Origin: a phage
Direction: 5' to 3' (one strand)
Length of the DNA: 64,000 nt
Sequence record: PZ151149.1
Of this stretch, positions 56,755-64,000 are shown piece by piece; positions within the stretch are counted from its first letter, which is position 1; the number at the start of each line of letters is the position of its first letter. The notes under the pieces were generated by a model. It saw only the letters and a program-made list of their open reading frames with translations, was not told the origin of the DNA and made no database searches. Position numbers and translations under genes: made by a program.

Positions 56755-58257
56755 ATGCAAGATATTAAAATTCACTTTCTGAACTATTCCCATGTTCAAA
56801 TTGAATGTAGCGATTCAATTTTATTAGAAATGCGAGATTATTTTAGTTTTGAAGTCGAGGGAGCAAGATTTCAAAAACGAGTAAAATACGGCGGCTGGGA
56901 TGGGCGTATTCGTCTTTTAGACTACAACGGAAAGTTGCCAATCGGCCTAACTAAAACCGTTGGCATCTTCGCTAAAAATATGGGTTATTCTGTATGGGTA
57001 GATCCTCGCTTATTCGAAAAAGAACAGGTTACAGAAGAAGAGATCACAAAATGGTGTAACGACTTGGAATTATATTCCGGTGCTAACAGGATCACCCCGC
57101 ACTGGTATCAATCAAAGGCTGTCTTTGAAGGTATTCATCATAAACGCCGTATGTTAGTTTTGCCTACGTCCGCTGGTAAATCTGCAATTGCTTGTATGTT
57201 GTCTCGCTGGTACTTAGAGAACTACGAAGGGAAAGTGCTGATCATCGTTCCTACCACGTCGCTAGTGCTGCAAATGCGTGATGATTTTGTTGATTATCGC
57301 CAGTTTCCGTATGAAGCAATTCATACTATCATGAGCGGTACTAGTAAACACGTAGGTGATCGCCTGATCGTTGTTAGTACGTGGCAATCAGCATGTAAAC
57401 AGCCGAGTGAATGGTTCCAGCAATTTGGGATGGTTATTGTTGATGAATGTCACAAGGCCACTGCTAAAAACCTGCTAAACATCGTTACTGATATGGATCA
57501 TTGCCAGTTTAAGATCGGTATGACTGGTTCCCCTCGTGACGGGAAAGCTAACATGATGCAGTATGTCGGTCTTTTCGGTGATATTTCTAAGATCGTGAGT
57601 ATTGACCGCCTGATGGAAGAAGGTCAAGTGACGAAACTGAAAATCAACTGTCTTTTCCTTCGTTATACCGATGAGGAATGTAGCTCGGTTAAGGGTAAAG
57701 AATATGCGGAAGAGATCAAGTATATTACGTCTAACCCACGACGTAATAAGTTTGCTTGTAATTTGGCGCTAAAACTCGCTAAGAAGGGCGAAAACGTATT
57801 CCTGATGTTCCGCAATACTAAGCACGGAAAACTTATGTATGACGCGTTACAGAAGGTACACGACAAGGTTTATTATATTGACGGTGGAGTTAAGACAGAA
57901 GAACGTGATGAATTTAAGAAATTAGCGGAAGGGGAAACAGGGATCATTTGCGTTGCATCCTATGGTGTGTTCTCTACTGGTGTTTCAATTAAGAATTTGC
58001 ACCATGTTATTTTCGGTCATCCAGTGAAGGAATCAACTATCGTTCGTCAGAGTATCGGTCGTGCATTGCGTAAACATGGTTCTAAGGATATTGCAACGGT
58101 CTGGGATCTTATCGATCATTTGGCGGTTAAGACAAAGAGCAAGAATGCTAAGAAACAGTTTAGCCACCTTAATTATGCTCTTAAACATGCCCTTGAAAGA
58201 ATAAAAATTTACAACACAGATCGATTCGAATATGTCACGAAAACAATCGAGATTTAA
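56755..58257 (+). CDS. uvsW: UvsW RNA-DNA and DNA-DNA helicase
   Basis: SF2 helicase motifs (LPTSAGKS, VDECH, TGSP), about 500 aa; ATG 56755 preferred over GTG 56740. Confidence 0.92.
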   Translation: MQDIKIHFLNYSHVQIECSDSILLEMRDYFSFEVEGARFQKRVKYGGWDGRIRLLDYNGKLPIGLTKTVGIFAKNMGYSVWVDPRLFEKEQVTEEEITKWCNDLELYSGANRITPHWYQSKAVFEGIHHKRRMLVLPTSAGKSAIACMLSRWYLENYEGKVLIIVPTTSLVLQMRDDFVDYRQFPYEAIHTIMSGTSKHVGDRLIVVSTWQSACKQPSEWFQQFGMVIVDECHKATAKNLLNIVTDMDHCQFKIGMTGSPRDGKANMMQYVGLFGDISKIVSIDRLMEEGQVTKLKINCLFLRYTDEECSSVKGKEYAEEIKYITSNPRRNKFACNLALKLAKKGENVFLMFRNTKHGKLMYDALQKVHDKVYYIDGGVKTEERDEFKKLAEGETGIICVASYGVFSTGVSIKNLHHVIFGHPVKESTIVRQSIGRALRKHGSKDIATVWDLIDHLAVKTKSKNAKKQFSHLNYALKHALERIKIYNTDRFEYVTKTIEI

Positions 58258-58262
58258 TAAAT

Positions 58263-58280
58263 AGGGGCTTTAATGCCCCT
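58263..58280 (+). terminator. hairpin after uvsW
   Basis: GGGGC-TTTAAT-GCCCC plus TTTATT. Confidence 0.45.
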
Positions 58281-58300
58281 TTATTCTACGGAGATTAAAA

Positions 58301-58537
58301 ATGATTAGCTTTAAACGTTTTTTGGTTGAGGCCGCTATTGACGGTTTTATGAGTAAGATTTATTCTTGTAATACTATCGAGGGATTAAATGAACTTGAGG
58401 CATATTATGAGAAGCGCAAGAAAGAAACAGAATTGAAACCTGCTGATGATATTTCGATCCGTGATGCCATCGCTGGACGCCGTAAGCAACTGGAAGCGGA
58501 CAACGAGCCAGAAGAGGAGCCGGAAGAGGATTTTTAA
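58301..58537 (+). CDS. uvsW.1: UvsW.1-like small protein
   Basis: 78 aa with acidic tail, directly after uvsW. Confidence 0.7.
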   Translation: MISFKRFLVEAAIDGFMSKIYSCNTIEGLNELEAYYEKRKKETELKPADDISIRDAIAGRRKQLEADNEPEEEPEEDF

Positions 58538-58548
58538 GATATAAAAAA

Positions 58549-58567
58549 GCCCCATCAATGATGGGGC
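58549..58567 (-). terminator. intrinsic terminator (T-tract on minus strand)
   Basis: GCCCCATCA-TTGATGGGGC hairpin with T6 on minus strand. Confidence 0.5.
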
Positions 58568-58600
58568 AAAATAAACCAATTAAAATCGGTTATCAACAAA

Positions 58601-58777
58601 TTACATTAACAGCATTGTTTGCTCTACGAGTTGTTCTTGTTCTTCGCCGTTCGCATCTTCACTAATCGAACGTTCTGTTACTAGCTGTAAGCAGTAGCCA
58701 GTGTGAACAACGCCGTTTTCTGTCTGGACGGCTAACGCATCCTCGACAGGTTGTTTACAACAAATACAGATTTTCAT
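58601..58777 (-). CDS. UvsY.-2-like Cys-rich small protein (58 aa, below ORF-track cutoff)
   Basis: Manually translated MKICICCKQPVEDALAVQTENGVVHTGYCLQ...; AGGAGG RBS. Confidence 0.5.
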   Translation of the reverse strand: MKICICCKQPVEDALAVQTENGVVHTGYCLQLVTERSISEDANGEEQEQLVEQTMLLM

Positions 58778-58798
58778 AAAAATTCCTCCTGCATGTAT

Positions 58799-59206
58799 TT
58801 AGCGACCAGATTCCAGCATACGCAATTCTATAGCATTCTTGATCGCAAAGCCACGAGATTTAACGATATCAAGTGCGCGACCAGCAAAGTCCATTACCAT
58901 CTGGTAATATGCAATTTTCGTATCAAGCGGTAAGATCTCGTCGTCTGCTGCCATGACAACTTTCAATTCTGATTTCTCATATTCAGCGCGACACCAGTCA
59001 TCACTACGGTTAGTGTAAAAGTCAAGACGATTTTTCATAGCCTTTTTCTTTTTAGCCTCAAGAGCAATCGTCTCTCTTTTCGCCTCGCTGTAAATCCTTA
59101 ACCACTTTGAGTATACTACCGGATTATTCAGCGCCTCCCATTGCAACTTAGTTGCATCGATCTTCATGTCAGCTTCTAATTGTTCTTTCAAATCGTTTAG
59201 GTCCAT
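58799..59206 (-). CDS. uvsY: UvsY recombination mediator
   Basis: 135 aa; KLQWEALNN, KSELKVV, IVKSRGFAIKNAIELR match recalled T4 UvsY. Confidence 0.92.
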   Translation of the reverse strand: MDLNDLKEQLEADMKIDATKLQWEALNNPVVYSKWLRIYSEAKRETIALEAKKKKAMKNRLDFYTNRSDDWCRAEYEKSELKVVMAADDEILPLDTKIAYYQMVMDFAGRALDIVKSRGFAIKNAIELRMLESGR

Positions 59207-59253
59207 AATATCCCCTTATTCACACTAAGACCTATATCATATCACACACAAAA

Positions 59254-59652
59254 TCACTTTGCAAGTCTTATGCGTAGTTGTTCAAGATCATCTGGGTTAT
59301 CTATTACTGAAAAGTAGATTGATACTATGATTGAGTTATCGTCGTACTGCGGAGTTACTTCTACTGTCAGGTTTCGGACCCGTGGTTCATAGTTTCGGAT
59401 CGCCTCATTAATGTTTTTTGATAAGGTATCCACTGTCAGTGGGTTCATGTTCTCAAACAGTGATTTATTGAGATCGCATCCAAACAGTGGATCAAATGGA
59501 CGAGATCCCTTGCGAGTAGTCACGATCAGTAGAATAGAATCCTTAACCGCTTTAATACCTATGTTCTTTTTAACGTCGTTATTCCACGATCTGGATATAT
59601 TGAGATCCAAATCAGTATACATCTGATTAATAGTTGCCATGTTATACCTCAA
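59254..59652 (-). CDS. 25: baseplate wedge subunit gp25
   Basis: 132 aa, same size as T4 gp25, T4 order. Confidence 0.9.
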   Translation of the reverse strand: MRYNMATINQMYTDLDLNISRSWNNDVKKNIGIKAVKDSILLIVTTRKGSRPFDPLFGCDLNKSLFENMNPLTVDTLSKNINEAIRNYEPRVRNLTVEVTPQYDDNSIIVSIYFSVIDNPDDLEQLRIRLAK

Positions 59653-60278
59653 AGAATTTTAAGGAAACTGGATAGACCTGATAATGAATATACACCAGAT
59701 TCCCCGCATTCGCACTTGATCGGTACTGCCAGCGTGATTTGATTTCTTGTTAGCTCGTCGATCACTTCTTCCACTTTATCCGTGGTAAGCATATCCAGCA
59801 CGCGGTCAAAGTCCTGTGCGTTCAGGTCGTCTATATTGAATTGCTGATCGCCGATCACGATATATTCGATACATGCAATTACCATCTGCATAATATCAAC
59901 ATCTTCTGTAAACTTAGGTTGACGAAATTTGATTTTTACTTGTCCTAAGTCCAGAATATACGGTTCAACTTCTGGTATCTGTGTGCGTGAAACATCAAGA
60001 GAGTATACTTTCTCTTTATTGCATACACCACACACCCAAGTAGCATCAATTTTCATCTTATTGAGGCTGTGACACCATAAGAGAAGAAAAATATATTCTG
60101 CTTCGCATTTCTCTAGCTCTAATGCATTGATCCCCGTACATTCATGTATGATCTTTATAACAACCTCTGACAGCTTGCCAGTCTCTTTTGCTGCTACCAG
60201 TTTTTGAAATTCGCCGAAGGTGAAAGCACGGGCGTGTATCAACTTTTCGCCTAATTGGATCTTGAAAAAGTATTGCAT
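59649..60278 (-). CDS. 26: baseplate hub subunit gp26
   Basis: 209 aa, T4 order and size. Confidence 0.85.
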   Translation of the reverse strand: MQYFFKIQLGEKLIHARAFTFGEFQKLVAAKETGKLSEVVIKIIHECTGINALELEKCEAEYIFLLLWCHSLNKMKIDATWVCGVCNKEKVYSLDVSRTQIPEVEPYILDLGQVKIKFRQPKFTEDVDIMQMVIACIEYIVIGDQQFNIDDLNAQDFDRVLDMLTTDKVEEVIDELTRNQITLAVPIKCECGESGVYSLSGLSSFLKIL

Positions 60279-60320
60279 AATAAAACACCCTTTATAAACA
60301 CATAGAATTATTTAGTATTT

Positions 60321-60328
60321 TATAAATA
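60321..60328 (+). promoter_or_regulatory. T4-type late promoter (TATAAATA)
   Basis: TATAAATA 21 nt upstream of gp51 ATG, in divergent 26/51 intergenic region. Confidence 0.55.
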
Positions 60329-60348
60329 CCCGAAAGGGGGATTATACC

Positions 60349-61119
60349 ATGAATATTATCCGAATAAAACTACCGGAAGGTGTGCAGAGATTTAAACCAT
60401 TCACGGTAAAAGATTATAGAGATTTCCTTCTGGTGTCAACTGAAATTAAGATGAATCCAGAAGAAGAACAAACGATTCTGGATGAGCTATTAGAAGAAAT
60501 ATATCCAGACGTAGATCCGGCATTTCGTGAATATATTTTCCTGAATGTCTTTACTAGTTCAATTGGTAAAACTAAGATACCGCTTTGTTTTACTTGCCCG
60601 ACTTGCAACAAAGAAAGAAAAATGTTGCTTAACTTACAGGTTGAAGCACTAAAACCAATCGTTCTAGAGGCCGCAGGGCTTAAAATAACTTTCCGGTATG
60701 TTAAACCATCAACCGACTATGCAAAAACGTTTCTGGATGCGATAGAGCGTGTATCTGATGGTGTTAATGATTATCTATGGACTGAATTACCGGAAGAAGT
60801 TAGAGAACAGGTTATAGATTCAATCTCATTTGCTGAATTTGAAGAAGTTGTTAAGCAGATGCACACAATCAAGATCGAACAAAAGATATCTTGTTGTGAA
60901 AGTCATGACCTGAAATACATAGGTCTTCTTCCATTATTCAAATTGTTGTTGAATCCAGATGAGTTATTCATCTTTTATCGAATAAACCATCTATTGGCAA
61001 AATCAAATTATTCTATCAGTGATCTTATGGACATGTTACCCGTCGAGAGAAACATTGCACTGACACTGGTCGAGAAAGACGTAAAAGAGGCAAACAATGC
61101 AAAGAACGGGGTTTCCTAA
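60349..61119 (+). CDS. 51: baseplate hub assembly catalyst gp51
   Basis: 256 aa, T4 order and size. Confidence 0.8.
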   Translation: MNIIRIKLPEGVQRFKPFTVKDYRDFLLVSTEIKMNPEEEQTILDELLEEIYPDVDPAFREYIFLNVFTSSIGKTKIPLCFTCPTCNKERKMLLNLQVEALKPIVLEAAGLKITFRYVKPSTDYAKTFLDAIERVSDGVNDYLWTELPEEVREQVIDSISFAEFEEVVKQMHTIKIEQKISCCESHDLKYIGLLPLFKLLLNPDELFIFYRINHLLAKSNYSISDLMDMLPVERNIALTLVEKDVKEANNAKNGVS

Positions 61120-62206
61120 TGTCTCAATAAAACTTTATCAGGATTATGAGGCATTTCTAAATCATCGCTTTATAGAATTGGGTGCTACCTTTGTTACAAT
61201 GACTCTGCGTGATTCGATTCGTGGGGTGAACGAAGGATTGTTGCAATTCTATGATAATAAGGCGATGCATACAAAATTAAATGGACGAGAGATCATTCAG
61301 ATTTCGCTATCCACTGCTAATACAGATGAAGTGTTTAACCGAATCTATGGGATCTCTCATAGTAATGTAACGATTGACCAAAAATCTGACAACATTTTAA
61401 CATTCCAGTTAAAGAGCTATCACGAAACACTAAACCTTAAATTTTCTCGCTCATTAACAAATAACGCTGTTAATAACGTAACTAGCATGATCGATGCCAT
61501 CTATAAGGAAGTTCCTTTATGGAAACCTACTATAAAGGGTGATAACGTTGTTATTCCTCGTTGTCCGTGGGTTAGTACCATAAATGACTATATGGATTTT
61601 GTTAGGGCATACGGGCAAAGCGTAGAAACCGAGTCTTTCGTGTATTGCTGGGAAGATTTTGATGGTATAACGATCGCTGGACACGATACAATATTAAAAA
61701 ATGAGCCAATACCAGCTATAATCTGTGAGCCTAGACTCATGGGGCAATTTATTGATATGTCGCCTAATCTGATGGTTTTTAATTTCGAGTGGCAGACTAA
61801 GAGCAATGCTAAAGTTAAAAATTCATTTAGCAATGTGACATACACAACTATTGATTTTGTTACTAAGCAGTATAATAAAATTGTTGTTGGTAATGGGGAT
61901 AATATTGCACACTTTGCTCATGGTGGCGCTTATGGTAATTTAACTTATAAGAATGCGTTTTTGGAAGGTTCTAAACTTGCCACAATAGAACAATATGATT
62001 CATATGCTACCGCAGTGTGTCACGGTAATTTTTCGTTGCGACCCGGTATTGTTATTCGATTCTTTGATGAGAAGCAACAAGCACGCAATGATTTTATTGT
62101 TGACGAAGTGGTGCATGAAATTAGCCGAGAGCAATCATTAACTCACCTGTATATGATCGGTAACAGCGAAGAATTACAGGAAGTCAAATTTGAAGGTAAG
62201 ATATAA
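61097..62206 (+). CDS. 27: baseplate hub subunit gp27
   Basis: N-terminus MQRTGFPNVSIKLYQDY...LQFYDNK matches recalled T4 gp27. Confidence 0.9.
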   Translation: MQRTGFPNVSIKLYQDYEAFLNHRFIELGATFVTMTLRDSIRGVNEGLLQFYDNKAMHTKLNGREIIQISLSTANTDEVFNRIYGISHSNVTIDQKSDNILTFQLKSYHETLNLKFSRSLTNNAVNNVTSMIDAIYKEVPLWKPTIKGDNVVIPRCPWVSTINDYMDFVRAYGQSVETESFVYCWEDFDGITIAGHDTILKNEPIPAIICEPRLMGQFIDMSPNLMVFNFEWQTKSNAKVKNSFSNVTYTTIDFVTKQYNKIVVGNGDNIAHFAHGGAYGNLTYKNAFLEGSKLATIEQYDSYATAVCHGNFSLRPGIVIRFFDEKQQARNDFIVDEVVHEISREQSLTHLYMIGNSEELQEVKFEGKI

Positions 62207-62724
62207 TGACAGAAACTAAACCTATGTTAAAATTTGTTGTTCCTGTAAAAAAATTAGAGATAAACGGGAAACATATCAAGATCCCAAAAATGGGGATTAA
62301 GCAACATCGATTATTAAAAGATGTTCGTAGCTGTGATGAAACATTAAAGATTCTTCTTGATTCAATCTGTCCTGGGTTAAACGCTGCCGAGTCTGAATTG
62401 GTTATGCTTAACCTTTGTGCGTTTAATGGTAAGTGTCTGGAAGAAAAAGATGGTCTTAAGCTGTCTGATGTGTATATTTGTACAGAGACTGAATTTACTT
62501 TAAATGGTAAAGTCTTTAAATTTAAAAATCCAATGTATACTTCTGACCCCATTATCGATGACGCTGATTTCTTGAGTCATCATTATCACGGTCCTAGCGT
62601 AGACTTCCATGATTTCCCAGCTTTTATTATGGATTGGGCTACAGGATTAAGAAAAACTATTGCACTGGATACACCGGAAGGTACTATCTATGGTGGAATT
62701 AACATATTGGATCGCCTATCATGA
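62206..62724 (+). CDS. 28: baseplate hub distal subunit gp28
   Basis: 172 aa, T4 order and size. Confidence 0.8.
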   Translation: MTETKPMLKFVVPVKKLEINGKHIKIPKMGIKQHRLLKDVRSCDETLKILLDSICPGLNAAESELVMLNLCAFNGKCLEEKDGLKLSDVYICTETEFTLNGKVFKFKNPMYTSDPIIDDADFLSHHYHGPSVDFHDFPAFIMDWATGLRKTIALDTPEGTIYGGINILDRLS

Positions 62725-64000
62725 ATGACGCATTAACATCATTTCGCGGGATGCGCAAGGAAGCGGAAGAAAACCCGATTGATAAACTTAACAAATTAGA
62801 TAAACTTGATTCTATTGATAATTTGCAAGCCGCTACCGAATTGGTAGCGGAGACAGTAGAACAAAAATCTAATGAAGTTGTTGGAGCGGTAGAGGATAAC
62901 ACCGCAGCCAATGAATTGACGGCAGAAAATACACAATCTACCGCTGGCAATACCCAAAAAACTTATGAAGAATTGCAAAAACTCAATAATTTCTCTTCTC
63001 AGATGAATGAGAAATTACGTGGTTTTGGTGTTATGATGGAACGTAGATTTGGTGTTGTCAGTAAAATGGCTAGCGGTATTGGTGCGATTGAAGAAGCACT
63101 GAAAAAACCGGAACAACCGCAAACAATGCCATCACCTCAGCCAGTTTTGCCTACTGTACCGGAACAGCCTAATAATGACAACTATCAAGGTCTTCCAAAG
63201 AAAAAACCAGATGTTGATGACCGAAAGAAAAAGAACGCCACAGATAAGCGTAATGCGGATTCTATGGAAAATCTTCTTAAAGTTGTTCGTGGAGGATTTA
63301 AAGAAACCATAAGTATCTCTAATAAGGTCTTAGGGATGTTATTTAAGATCACTTTGACCGCTATGGCAGAAGCCGCAAAATGGGGTGCTATTTTGATGGG
63401 TATTGTTTTTGTCATTGATACCCTGATGGTTCATTTCAGATATTGGAGTGATTTATTCGAAACAAAATTCAATGAATTTATGGATAAGGCTGGAGGATGG
63501 GCTGGTCCTATTAGCGATATTTTAACTACTGTTCGTCAGGTTCGAGATTATTGGTCTAAAGGCGAATATGGAGAGTTAATTAAATCTCTTGTTATGGGTA
63601 TTGGTGATGCATTCTATAAAACCTTTATCCAACTTGATCGAATTATCACTACGGGTATTGCTAAAATTCTTCGTATGATCCCTGGTATGGGTGATTATGC
63701 CGATAAGTTAGAATATGGTGCTTTAAAATCTGCTGTCGCTCAAGGCTATACGCCAAATGAAAGAGAACTCGAATTAATGGATAAGGTCGAGTCTGAACAC
63801 GAAGAAGACAAATATGGAGAGCGTACTGGTTGGACCGGAAAAGCCCGTGATATTGGCGAAGCTATTGGGGATTCTATTAAGGATAAAGTTAACGAAGGTC
63901 TTGTTAGTCTGGGTTGGCGAGATCAAAAGGATGTTGACGCAGAGAAACGACAAGAAGAATTAAAACGCGGGGAATACAAGTCTGTTTCTGCTGAACAACG
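62721..64000 (+). CDS. 29: baseplate hub subunit / tail length determinator gp29 (partial, continues past window end)
   Basis: ATG at 62721 overlapping gp28 stop; open frame to window end; T4 order. Confidence 0.8.
   Translation, partial: MNDALTSFRGMRKEAEENPIDKLNKLDKLDSIDNLQAATELVAETVEQKSNEVVGAVEDNTAANELTAENTQSTAGNTQKTYEELQKLNNFSSQMNEKLRGFGVMMERRFGVVSKMASGIGAIEEALKKPEQPQTMPSPQPVLPTVPEQPNNDNYQGLPKKKPDVDDRKKKNATDKRNADSMENLLKVVRGGFKETISISNKVLGMLFKITLTAMAEAAKWGAILMGIVFVIDTLMVHFRYWSDLFETKFNEFMDKAGGWAGPISDILTTVRQVRDYWSKGEYGELIKSLVMGIGDAFYKTFIQLDRIITTGIAKILRMIPGMGDYADKLEYGALKSAVAQGYTPNERELELMDKVESEHEEDKYGERTGWTGKARDIGEAIGDSIKDKVNEGLVSLGWRDQKDVDAEKRQEELKRGEYKSVSAEQ

Overview
This window reads as a T4-like (Tevenvirinae-type) myovirus genome segment, annotated from the six-frame translations by motif recognition and recalled similarity to phage T4 proteins; no database search was run. 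Positions 1-20000 are an early/accessory region, almost all on the minus strand: tk, an rI-like antiholin, regB, a GrcA/Y06I-like glycyl-radical cofactor, an M15-peptidase endolysin, 57B-57A-1-3-2-4 homologues, several homing-endonuclease-like genes and many small membrane or unknown ORFs. These are driven by a family of near-identical sigma70-type promoters (TTGACA-17-CATAAT) and closed by a recurring terminator. Positions 20000-64000 are the late structural module in T4 order: 53, 5, 5.1, 5.4, 6-12, wac, 13-20, 67, 68, 21-24, then hoc, an inh-position gene, uvsW, uvsW.1, uvsY.-2, uvsY, 25, 26, 51, 27, 28 and the start of 29, with TATAAATA late promoters. Departures from the T4 layout are the most interesting parts. 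The strongest candidates for an undescribed system are a DprA/SLOG-like gene split at an A6 tract between gene 24 and hoc, an early-promoter methyltransferase cassette between genes 8 and 9, and an accessory island at 1.7-6 kb carrying a macro-domain protein, zinc-ribbon proteins, secreted proteins and a Pol-beta-type nucleotidyltransferase. I could not decide between these from sequence alone. No rRNA, tRNA or CRISPR array was found.
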